Shown here: piece after piece, positions 39,715 to 47,961 of the stretch
How the letters are laid out: every line of letters starts with the position of its first letter
Position numbering within the stretch: position 1 is the stretch's first letter
Assembly: GCA_044228285.1 (NCBI GenBank)
Contig: JBGAVD010000002.1
Span: forward strand, 474,807-538,806
DNA from: Chlorobiota bacterium
GTDB taxonomy: Bacteria > Bacteroidota > Ignavibacteria > Kapaibacteriales > NICIL-2
DNA: 64,000 nucleotides
Direction of reading: 5' to 3'
Translations under genes and position numbers: made by a program
The notes under the pieces: model-generated
What the model was told of the DNA's origin: nothing
What the model saw: the letters and a program-made list of their open reading frames with translations, nothing else
The model's database searches: none

Positions 39715-40548
39715 ATGAAGTTTCGTGTGTTGCTTGTGCTATTCTTGACGTTGGGAGTCTGTGGTACTTCATTGCGAGCCCAAGATGAAGAAGAGACGGA
39801 GTCACCGATTGAGGCGGTGTCTAATAAAAAGCCAATCTATACTGGCCCAATCGTTGGAATAAACAAGGTCATCACTACTGGTCAATTTGCGTCATTCGCA
39901 AGCCAATCACAGTGTCCTTTGTTTAAAGATGGCTCAGGTACTGGTTTCTTTGCTGGATGGACATTTGAGTATTTGATTGGTAAAGATGCGAAGACTTCAA
40001 AGTCATCGATCATTGCGAGAGTTATCTATGATAATTTTCCAACAAGCTTCACAATGAAGGGTGACCAACTTCCTTCATTAGTTCGTATGCCCGATGGATC
40101 GGATCAAGTGATCATTTCAGAAGTTCAGCACTATACAGGATTGAAATACACAACGCTTGATCTAGATCTCGCTTATCGTTTCAATCTTGGTGATACTCCA
40201 CTGGGAATCACCGCGGGTCCAACGGTTGGCTTCGCAATGACTCAAGATTTGGTTCAAGAGTTTCGCTTGATCAGCCCATCCAACGTACAGCTTGTTCCTG
40301 ATACTTCTGCAATTCGTTACGAGAATGATAATCGTACTGCTATTCTTCAAGATGGTCCATTGAAAAACGGAAACAAGCTGCGCCTTTCTTTGAAGGTTGG
40401 TTTGCAGTATGAGTTCATCATGAAGAAGATGACCATCATTCCATCGATCAATTACAACGTTGCAGTCACAAACATGAACGATGAGTCATGGCGTGTCAAT
40501 GCTTTACAATTTGGAATTGAAGCACGATTCCCAGTCAAGATTTTCTAA
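39715..40548 (+). CDS. Outer-membrane beta-barrel protein (porin-family-like)
   Basis: Signal peptide (MKFRVLLVLFLTLGVCGTSLRAQ), alternating beta-strand pattern, C-terminal ALQFGIEARFPVKIF (terminal Phe). It starts 8 nt after the giant gene. Confidence 0.7.
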   Translation: MKFRVLLVLFLTLGVCGTSLRAQDEEETESPIEAVSNKKPIYTGPIVGINKVITTGQFASFASQSQCPLFKDGSGTGFFAGWTFEYLIGKDAKTSKSSIIARVIYDNFPTSFTMKGDQLPSLVRMPDGSDQVIISEVQHYTGLKYTTLDLDLAYRFNLGDTPLGITAGPTVGFAMTQDLVQEFRLISPSNVQLVPDTSAIRYENDNRTAILQDGPLKNGNKLRLSLKVGLQYEFIMKKMTIIPSINYNVAVTNMNDESWRVNALQFGIEARFPVKIF

Positions 40549-40568
40549 GAGATGTAACGTAGATTTCC

Positions 40569-40603
40569 GCGCTCGTGCCTTTTCGTGCGAGCGCTTTTTT
40601 TTT
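40569..40603 (+). terminator. Intrinsic terminator after the OMP gene
   Basis: gcgctcgtgc (40569-40578) pairs with gtgcgagcgc (40585-40594): 10 bp including 2 G-U pairs. A T9 run follows (40595-40603). Confidence 0.7.
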
Positions 40604-40620
40604 GTCAAGAAGCAACTATT

Positions 40621-41235
40621 ATGGATCGTTTGTGGTCACCATGGCGTTCTCAATACATCGCCTCATTCAGTACAACACCAAAGTCTGGAGCCGAACGCTG
40701 CTTCCTCTGTGACGCAGCACAAGGGATTTCGCTACCCAGCGATACAACGATTGATGCACACTTGAATGACCCTATGCATCATGCTCGCGTGAGTTCTGTT
40801 GAAACACAATCGACCCTTGGTCCAGAATTGATTGACGCAACAAATTTGGTGGTGCACAGAGGGCAGGCGTGCTTTGTGATTATGAATCGCTTTCCGTACA
40901 ACGCCGGACACCTTATGGTCGTTCCCTATGCCCACGTTGGAGATTTCGCTCAACTGGCACCAGAGGTTTCAGCAGAACTTATGCACACGATTCAGCTCTG
41001 TCATACTGTACTAACGAAACTGTACTTGCCACATGGTTTCAACATCGGCGCGAATCTCGGACGTGTAGCTGGTGCAGGTGTGCCTGATCATATTCACTTC
41101 CACATCGTTCCTCGCTGGAGCGGAGATACGAACTTCATGCCCGTGCTTGCAGATATCAGAGTGGCATCTGAGTCATTAGAAACCAGCCACGACGAGATCC
41201 GTGCAATGTTTCGTCGACTCTTGGAACAAGTATGA
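40621..41235 (+). CDS. HIT family protein (Ap4A phosphorylase/GalT-like branch)
   Basis: MDRLWSPWRSQYI, CFLC, VIMNRFPYNAGHLMVVPYAH and the histidine triad PDHIHFHIVPRW. I chose the ATG at 40621, downstream of the terminator. Confidence 0.8.
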   Translation: MDRLWSPWRSQYIASFSTTPKSGAERCFLCDAAQGISLPSDTTIDAHLNDPMHHARVSSVETQSTLGPELIDATNLVVHRGQACFVIMNRFPYNAGHLMVVPYAHVGDFAQLAPEVSAELMHTIQLCHTVLTKLYLPHGFNIGANLGRVAGAGVPDHIHFHIVPRWSGDTNFMPVLADIRVASESLETSHDEIRAMFRRLLEQV

Positions 41236-42053
41236 GCGACAAGAGGAGCTTGCGACCCAAAAAATCGCTATCGCAGAACTTTCTGGTGGACAGCTCGATC
41301 TCGCGAAAGATTGCACTCTCTTTGGAGCCGCAGGAAAATGAAACAGTCGTCGAGATAGGTCCAGGCACGGGAGCTCTCACCCGACAACTCTTGCCCCTCT
41401 GTAGCAAACTCATTTGTGTTGAGCTCGATGACCGAGCAGTAGAGCAGTTGCAGCTTGATTTCGCTGAAGAGTTGAACGCGAAGATGCGTCTACACCACAT
41501 GGACTTTCTTGAGTACTCACTTATTGATTGTGCTGCGCAGGCAGGCGCAGCCATCTCTGTCATCGGGAACATTCCCTATGCAATTTCATCGCCAATCCTG
41601 TTTCATGTTTTCGACAATGCACAAGTACTTCGCTGCGCTGTGATGATGATGCAAAAAGAAGTGGCGCAGCGTTTAGTTGCTAGTGTAGGGAGTAAAGAGT
41701 ATGGCGTACTAAGCTTGGCAGCGCAGACAGCCTGTAAAGCGAAAATGTTGTTCGATGTGAAGCCTGGCTCTTTCTTTCCTCGACCGTCTGTCACCTCGTC
41801 GGTTGTGCGCATGACCTTTGCACCCATCATCGAAGACCACGAGGAAGTCCGTCAATTACGATTTTTAATACGCGCGGCCTTCGGCCAGCGCCGTAAAACC
41901 TTGCGCAACGCACTTGAGAGCTATGCGCTACAGAAGCATGGAATAGCTTTACGTCCCTTCGATTGGACATGGTTAGACAAGCGTGCCGAGCAACTATCGC
42001 TCGATGATTTCCGCGGGGTCTTAGAACAGCTACGGGCGGAGGCTGTGAAATGA
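41232..42053 (+). CDS. rsmA: 16S rRNA (adenine1518-N6/adenine1519-N6)-dimethyltransferase
   Basis: PKKSLSQNFLVD, VVEIGPGTGALT, VIGNIPYAISSPILF and FFPRPSVTSSVVRM. The start overlaps the HIT stop (ATGA). Confidence 0.92.
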   Translation: MSDKRSLRPKKSLSQNFLVDSSISRKIALSLEPQENETVVEIGPGTGALTRQLLPLCSKLICVELDDRAVEQLQLDFAEELNAKMRLHHMDFLEYSLIDCAAQAGAAISVIGNIPYAISSPILFHVFDNAQVLRCAVMMMQKEVAQRLVASVGSKEYGVLSLAAQTACKAKMLFDVKPGSFFPRPSVTSSVVRMTFAPIIEDHEEVRQLRFLIRAAFGQRRKTLRNALESYALQKHGIALRPFDWTWLDKRAEQLSLDDFRGVLEQLRAEAVK

Positions 42054-43015
42054 GTGCCTTGCTTGTTCGACATGGTGCCCATCTGCGTCAGCGGATGTAT
42101 TCTCTTGACTGGTACTTCATTAGCCTTATTGCGGTCTATGTGCTGATCTGTTTGTGCTTTTGGTCCGAGATCCCAGCCCGGTGGAGCGTGCTGCTTGAGA
42201 ATCTTAGCTTTGCAGCTATTTGTTTGAGCATCGTGTATTTCCTCAGCGATGCAGACAAAAAGTGGAAGCGAGTACTGCGAGAATTCTATGTGATCCCCTT
42301 TGTCTATCCCATGTATGCGCAGATTTTTGCCTTCCTTCCGTACATACGGAGCACTTTGTACGATACGCAGCTCATAGCGTTAGATCATGCTTTGTGTGGA
42401 ACACATCCTACGCAATGGTTGCAGCAGTTTAGCCACCCACTGTTGACAGAGTATCTTCAGGTGTGCTATGTCGCATTCTTCTTCTTACCCAGTATTCACG
42501 GTATCATCCTGTTTAGAGCAAAGCGATTTGCAGAGTTTGAGCTCTTTAGTCGCTTGATGGTTTTTTCTTTCTTTGTTTCCTATCTGGCATACTTTGCCTT
42601 CCCAGCGGTAGGTCCGCGTTTTACCCTGCATAGCTTTACTACTTTGAGTACCGACCTACCCGGGCTGTGGGTGACAGATTTTCTGCGGGAAAGAGTCAAT
42701 CAAGGCGGAGGAATACTAGTTGGCGCTGTAGATCCTGCAGCAATAGTGAATCGCGATTGTATGCCCAGCGGGCATACAATGATGACCTTGGTGAACATGA
42801 TCCTCACCTGGAAGTTCCGAACTCCAGGGAAATGGATATTCACCCTTGTAGGAAGTAGTCTGATAGTGGCCACTCTGTATTTACGCTATCATTACGTTGT
42901 AGATGTGCTTGCCGGCGCGGCTTGCGCACTTCTCATGTTGGCTGCTGAGCCACGTGTTGATGCATGGCTAAAGAAACGAGGACTCGTTTCCAGCATTCAA
43001 AACAGCCTTTCCTAA
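42050..43015 (+). CDS. PAP2 superfamily membrane phosphatase/phosphotransferase
   Basis: Polytopic. PSGHTMM and RYHYVVDVLAG are PAP2 C2/C3 motifs. The 4-nt overlap with rsmA suggests an operon. Confidence 0.75.
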   Translation: MSALLVRHGAHLRQRMYSLDWYFISLIAVYVLICLCFWSEIPARWSVLLENLSFAAICLSIVYFLSDADKKWKRVLREFYVIPFVYPMYAQIFAFLPYIRSTLYDTQLIALDHALCGTHPTQWLQQFSHPLLTEYLQVCYVAFFFLPSIHGIILFRAKRFAEFELFSRLMVFSFFVSYLAYFAFPAVGPRFTLHSFTTLSTDLPGLWVTDFLRERVNQGGGILVGAVDPAAIVNRDCMPSGHTMMTLVNMILTWKFRTPGKWIFTLVGSSLIVATLYLRYHYVVDVLAGAACALLMLAAEPRVDAWLKKRGLVSSIQNSLS

Positions 43016-43034
43016 ACAGATAAAACCATAGAGT

Positions 43035-43062
43035 TCAGGTTTTTAGCAGTGGTGGTCGATAA
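43035..43062 (+). promoter_or_regulatory. Candidate sigma-28 (FliA)-type promoter upstream of fliL
   Basis: TCAGGTTT-N12-GTCGATAA compared with the consensus TAAAGTTT-N11-GCCGATAA (6/8 and 7/8 matches). It lies 112 nt upstream of the fliL ATG. The spacer is 1 nt longer than consensus. Confidence 0.3.
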
Positions 43063-43173
43063 CCCACAGTGAAAAGTGTGCGCCACATCGATGCGACTTG
43101 GCACATCTTTTTCTAAACAAAAGCTGCTGAGGTACTCAGTTAGCTCATTCTTGGTTTATTAGGTACAATCACC

Positions 43174-43791
43174 ATGGCAGAAGTAGCAGAAGTTCGCGAT
43201 GTAGAAGAAGGGGAACAACCCGTTCGTAAGGGCATGAAGCTGCCTATTCTCATCGGTTTGATTTTGGGCATAATCATTGTGCAGGTAGGCATTGTGATGG
43301 CTGCCATTCGCTTTTTTGCTCCAACGTCTGAGAATCATAAGACCAAAGGTGCGAACGAGAAAACAACAGAGGAGTCTCACGAGCACGGTGATGGCGAGCA
43401 TGAGGAAGGTGAAGGCGAGGGTGAAGACGGTGAAGAACATCCTGCAGGTTACTCGCAGAAAGTTGAAGGCATCGTTAGTACGAAAAATGATTTGTACATC
43501 AACCCTAAGGGTGGTGCAAACCACATCGTTGTGATCTCTCTTGGTATCGAGGTTGCTCCTGAAGAAGCAGCAGAGGAAGTCGAAAAGAAACTCATGGTTC
43601 CTATTCAAGACCGTGTGATTAGTAGAATCTCGAGCTATACCGTAGAAGAACTTCAAGATGGTAAGATGCGTGACTCGCTGCGGACCATTATTAAAAACGA
43701 CATAAAACCATTCTTCCGCGGAATGGCAGAAGAAGGAAAAGAAGGGGTTAAACTTCGTAATGTGTATTTCCCCAAGTTCATTATTCAGTAG
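43174..43791 (+). CDS. fliL: Flagellar basal-body-associated protein FliL
   Basis: Single TM helix (LPILIGLILGIIIVQVGIVMAAI), then DLYINPKGGANHIVVISLGIEV...PIQDRVISRISSYTVEEL...MRDSLRTIIKNDIKPFF...VRNVYFPKFIIQ, the FliL pattern. It contains an extra acidic Glu/Gly/His tract. Confidence 0.8.
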   Translation: MAEVAEVRDVEEGEQPVRKGMKLPILIGLILGIIIVQVGIVMAAIRFFAPTSENHKTKGANEKTTEESHEHGDGEHEEGEGEGEDGEEHPAGYSQKVEGIVSTKNDLYINPKGGANHIVVISLGIEVAPEEAAEEVEKKLMVPIQDRVISRISSYTVEELQDGKMRDSLRTIIKNDIKPFFRGMAEEGKEGVKLRNVYFPKFIIQ

Positions 43792-43847
43792 TGTAAACAA
43801 ATAGACAACGACTCACAATCGTCCAGCGGCTTTCAAGGAAGAACAGA

Positions 43848-44882
43848 ATGGCAGACGTGTTATCGCAACAGGAAATTGACAGTCTTCTCACTGGCTTGAA
43901 CATAAACGAGCGACAGGCTGAGGGTATGTCTGATCCGAATGCCCGTAACGACTTCCTCAGTTACGATTTCCGCCGTCCAAATCGTATCTCAAAGAACCAA
44001 GTACGGACGATTCATAACGTCCATGAAGCCTTCGCCGAAAATCTGGGCTATTATCTGGTTTCAAAACTCCAGACCCAGGCGAGCATTAGCGTGACCTCAG
44101 TCGATCAGCTATTCTACTCCGAGTACATTCTATCGGTCTCAAATCCTAGTTGCCTTTACGTCTTTGATATTGTCGGTACGGACGGAAGCGGAATTCTAGA
44201 GGTGAGTCCACAACTGGCGTTGTCCCTTGTTGAGCGTATGCTTGGCGGTCAGGCAGACCAACCAAGAAAACCTCGGACCATTACGCCCATTGAGCAAGCT
44301 GTCATGATGAATGTGGTAGACCACGCGATTGCTGACCTTGGTAATGCGTGGCGTTCTATCGCTGAGTTGTCGTTCGTGTACAACCGAATGGAGAGCGAGG
44401 CTGACTTCGTGCAGCTAGCTCCAAGCTCTGAAATCGTTGTTGTGGTCTCATTCGATGTCACTATCGGATTGAACTCATACCTCATGAATCTGTGCTTCCC
44501 AACCTTTGCTCTCGAGGATGTCATAGCACGATTGAACCGCCAGTCGGTCACCAATGGCATTGCCAACAACAATGCAGAGCGCGAGAGAGAGAATGTTAAG
44601 GTCATGACGCAGCACCTTGCAACACAATACGTGCATGTGTCAGCAGATCTAGGAAAATCGACAATTTCGGTCAGGGAACTTCTCAATCTGAAGCCTGGCG
44701 ACGTCATTAAACTCGATACAAAAGTCAATCAGGAGATTCAAGTGTCGATCGACGGAAAGCGCAAGCTCGCAGGTCGTCCCGGTACAGTTGATGGAAAAAA
44801 AGCTCTTCGCATAACGCGTTCACTTGTTGAGGACGATATGATAGAGCCAGACCTTTGGCATAAGTCAAACTCTTCACGCTAA
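43848..44882 (+). CDS. fliM: Flagellar motor switch protein FliM
   Basis: N-terminal CheY-P-binding motif MADVLSQQEIDSLL, YDFRRPNRISK, the central FliM domain and a C-terminal SpoA-like domain (LKPGDVIKLD...V.V.IDG). Confidence 0.9.
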   Translation: MADVLSQQEIDSLLTGLNINERQAEGMSDPNARNDFLSYDFRRPNRISKNQVRTIHNVHEAFAENLGYYLVSKLQTQASISVTSVDQLFYSEYILSVSNPSCLYVFDIVGTDGSGILEVSPQLALSLVERMLGGQADQPRKPRTITPIEQAVMMNVVDHAIADLGNAWRSIAELSFVYNRMESEADFVQLAPSSEIVVVVSFDVTIGLNSYLMNLCFPTFALEDVIARLNRQSVTNGIANNNAERERENVKVMTQHLATQYVHVSADLGKSTISVRELLNLKPGDVIKLDTKVNQEIQVSIDGKRKLAGRPGTVDGKKALRITRSLVEDDMIEPDLWHKSNSSR

Positions 44883-45016
44883 CGGTTGAGTTGTTCTGGT
44901 CGAGCCTCATGGGCTGGCTTCAGAACGAAATGAGGTAAAGGTTGTGCAGGAGAGTGAAATGAGAATGTTTAAGAAGTAAAGCAATTGAGCAATCACGAGT
45001 AGGAAGGATCCAACAT

Positions 45017-45448
45017 ATGTCACAGGAAGAAATTGATGCGATGCTGAGTGGTAGTCATGGCGACTCGCAAACCACTGAGTTGAGCTCGCCAGATGTCACA
45101 ATTGAGCATCCGGAGTTCGGCGAAATCGAAGTACCCTCGCAGATTAAGTCGGCAAGTGGGAACACAGGTGTTATGTCGCCGCTCGACCCAAAACTAGAAA
45201 TGCTCTATGACCTCAACTTGGTTGTGAGCATTGAGCTGGGGCGCACGAACATGTTAATCCGCGACATCATGCGTCTCGGTCGTGGTTCTGTTGTTGAGTT
45301 CGACAAGCTGGTTAGTGAACCAGTCGATGTCTTGGTCAATGGCAAGAAAATGGCTGAAGGCGAAGTGGTTGTTATCGACAAGCACTTTGGTATTCGTATA
45401 ACATCGCTCGTAGATCCAGCAGATCGTTTACGCTCATTGCGTAAGTAA
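45017..45448 (+). CDS. fliN: Flagellar motor switch protein FliN
   Basis: MSQEEIDAMLSG plus the SpoA/FliN domain LNLVVSIELGRTNMLIRDIMRLGRGSVVEFDKLVSEPVDVLVNGKKMAEGEVVVIDKHFGIRITS. Confidence 0.88.
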   Translation: MSQEEIDAMLSGSHGDSQTTELSSPDVTIEHPEFGEIEVPSQIKSASGNTGVMSPLDPKLEMLYDLNLVVSIELGRTNMLIRDIMRLGRGSVVEFDKLVSEPVDVLVNGKKMAEGEVVVIDKHFGIRITSLVDPADRLRSLRK

Positions 45449-45578
45449 GCGTCGTACTTCAGTGGGGTCTAGGTTCTCGCTTTGGTTGTTTTCATGACCA
45501 CCTCAGTCGTCTTTGATCAGTAAGTACGCGTATTCAAGGAGCTTCGCGTATAAGCGCGATTCAAAAGAAGGGATTTCT

Positions 45579-45607
45579 CAGCCCATGCAGCCGAGCTGCA
45601 TGGGCTG
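45579..45607 (+). terminator. Stem-loop downstream of fliN (terminator candidate)
   Basis: cagcccatgcagc (45579-45591), loop cga, gctgcatgggctg (45595-45607): a 13-bp perfect stem. Only a weak T-rich tail follows. Confidence 0.5.
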
Positions 45608-45748
45608 ATGTCTTATTGGTCCGAAGGGTACGCAGAACGACCTCATCCAAATAGGTTGATATCAACTTCTACACATGGTCCTGCTTTTCTTGGGTTAAGC
45701 TAGCCGCACTCTTTACTTTTGTAGTTCATCATTAGACTACAACTCTCT

Positions 45749-46765
45749 ATGGGACTCTCCATTGCCGTCGTCGGCGCCACCGGCTTGGTTGGCAGAACAA
45801 TGCTACAAGTACTAGAAGAACGCAATTTCAAGCACGATCGCTTGAGCCTGTTTGCGTCTGCCCGCTCCGCAGGACAAACCATTCACGCCTTTGGGCGCGA
45901 GCATGTGGTACAAGAGCTGAAGGCAGACTCTTTCGCGGGAATTGACATTGCCCTTTTCTCGGCTGGTGGGATCAGCAGCTTGGCGTTTGCGCCATTAGCC
46001 GCAGCAGCTGGCTGTGTGGTGATTGACAATTCTTCTGCCTGGCGTATGCATCCCGAAGTGCCACTTGTTGTGCCTGAGGTAAATGCAGCTGCGTTGAGCA
46101 AGCATCATGGAATCATTGCTAACCCCAATTGCTCAACAATACAGATGGTGGTTGCGTTAAAGCCTATTCACGATGCATTTGGTCTAGAACGAGTCGTTGT
46201 CTCAACCTATCAATCCCCAAGCGGGGCAGGACAAAAGGGAATTGAGCATTTGATGGCAGAGACCCAAGATCGCGTTCCGCAACAACGCATCTCCCCTCAT
46301 CAAGTTGCATTCAATGCAGTGTTTCACAGCATCGGTGAGGACGGAGGCTTCAGCGAAGAGGAACTCAAAATGAAGAATGAGACCCGTCGCATTCTCGACG
46401 AGCCCTCACTCAGAATCGCTGTGACCTGTGTGCGCGTACCTGTCTTGGGCGGACACGGTGAGTCGCTGAACATTGAGTGTCGTCGAGCATTTACACTCGA
46501 AGACCTCCGACAAGTGCTCCAGTCAGCTCCAGGCATTGTACTCCTGGACGATCCGCGAAACAGCCTCTATCCAACACCACAATTCAGTAAAGGCCGCGAC
46601 GAAGTGTTTGTTGGTAGGCTTCGCCTTGACGATTCTGTGTCTCACGGCGCTCATCTCTGGGTTGTTGCCGACAACCTGCGCAAAGGTGCCGCAACAAATG
46701 CGGTACAGATTGCCGAAGCGCTAGTGGCAAGTTCCACACTGCCATTCACTCAAACTACTTTCTAA
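45749..46765 (+). CDS. asd: Aspartate-semialdehyde dehydrogenase
   Basis: IAVVGATGLVGRTMLQVL (NADP binding), IANPNCSTIQMVVALKPI (active-site Cys) and SGAG. The length is typical of the Gram-positive/FCB-type Asd. Confidence 0.93.
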   Translation: MGLSIAVVGATGLVGRTMLQVLEERNFKHDRLSLFASARSAGQTIHAFGREHVVQELKADSFAGIDIALFSAGGISSLAFAPLAAAAGCVVIDNSSAWRMHPEVPLVVPEVNAAALSKHHGIIANPNCSTIQMVVALKPIHDAFGLERVVVSTYQSPSGAGQKGIEHLMAETQDRVPQQRISPHQVAFNAVFHSIGEDGGFSEEELKMKNETRRILDEPSLRIAVTCVRVPVLGGHGESLNIECRRAFTLEDLRQVLQSAPGIVLLDDPRNSLYPTPQFSKGRDEVFVGRLRLDDSVSHGAHLWVVADNLRKGAATNAVQIAEALVASSTLPFTQTTF

Positions 46766-46806
46766 GCCCTATTTCATCGAAGCACCACAACTTTTTAAGC
46801 ACCCCC

Positions 46807-47961
46807 ATGAGTACCCAGAACATTATGACTTCTTCGGACCATCCCATAAAACGTTGTGCTGTCATCATGGCAGGTGGCAGCGGTGAGCGATTCTATCCGC
46901 TTAGTCGACGTGTGAAACCGAAGCAGTTACTTCCGCTTGTGCGGCCAGACAAAAGCATGATAGAAGAAGCTATCGACAGAGTGCAATCCATCATTCAAGC
47001 AGAGGATGTGTATGTCATCACGAGTGCTGTTTTACAAGAAGCAGTTCGTGCGGCACTTCCTCAAATACCGCCAGAGAATATTATTGCAGAACCGTACAAG
47101 CGAAACACTGCTCCGTGTTTGGCGCTCGCTGCATCCGTACTCATTGCTAAGTATAAGGGACACTTCTCGGCAGATCAACTATCTGTTGCTGTACTGACCG
47201 CAGATCAGTTTATAGCTGACACAGAAGTCTTCGCCGAACAAGTTGATCAGTGTTTAACATACGCTGAAGCGCATCCAGTATTGCTTACCCTCGGGATACC
47301 TCCCGTGCGACCTGAAACGGGATACGGGTACATCGAGCTGGGCGAAGCCCGCGAGAATGATATATCCTCTGTGAAGTGCTTCCGAGAGAAACCAGATGCA
47401 GCGACAGCTCTAAGTTTTGTTGAGAGTGGCCGCTTCCTCTGGAACTCTGGAATGTTTTTCTATCGCTGTGACACCTTTGTTCAAGGCTTGTTGGAACACT
47501 GCGTCGAAGTAGGTCAGCACATCGACGCGATGAGCAGTTCGATACATAATGAGGTGCACACAGTGGCCCATGGCTCATACCCTAGTATTGATGAGGTCTT
47601 CGAGACCATGCCCGATATTTCCGTTGACTATGCACTTATGGAACGAGCTAGCAATGTCTGCGTGCTTCCGTCGCGTTTTGCATGGGATGATGTAGGATCT
47701 TGGGATTCTCTCGATCGCACAAATGAACACGATGACAACGATAACGTGTGCGTAGGAACAACAACTGTCGTTGAGTCGCACCACTCTATCATTGCAAACT
47801 ACTCTACGAATCAGCAGATGATGTTGAGCGTGATAGGTCTTGAGAATGTGGTGGTGATTGCAACAGATGATAGCATTGTAGTATGTCCGAAAGATCGAGT
47901 GCAAGAAGTAAAGAAAGCGGTTGCATTGATGAAAGAACGGAAGCAACACCAATGGCTCTAA
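46807..47961 (+). CDS. Mannose-1-phosphate guanylyltransferase-like sugar nucleotidyltransferase
   Basis: VIMAGGSGERFYPLSRRVKPKQLL (GGxGxRLxPLS motif), GYGYIE, FREKPD, WNSGMFF and WDDVGSWDSL. Confidence 0.85.
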   Translation: MSTQNIMTSSDHPIKRCAVIMAGGSGERFYPLSRRVKPKQLLPLVRPDKSMIEEAIDRVQSIIQAEDVYVITSAVLQEAVRAALPQIPPENIIAEPYKRNTAPCLALAASVLIAKYKGHFSADQLSVAVLTADQFIADTEVFAEQVDQCLTYAEAHPVLLTLGIPPVRPETGYGYIELGEARENDISSVKCFREKPDAATALSFVESGRFLWNSGMFFYRCDTFVQGLLEHCVEVGQHIDAMSSSIHNEVHTVAHGSYPSIDEVFETMPDISVDYALMERASNVCVLPSRFAWDDVGSWDSLDRTNEHDDNDNVCVGTTTVVESHHSIIANYSTNQQMMLSVIGLENVVVIATDDSIVVCPKDRVQEVKKAVALMKERKQHQWL

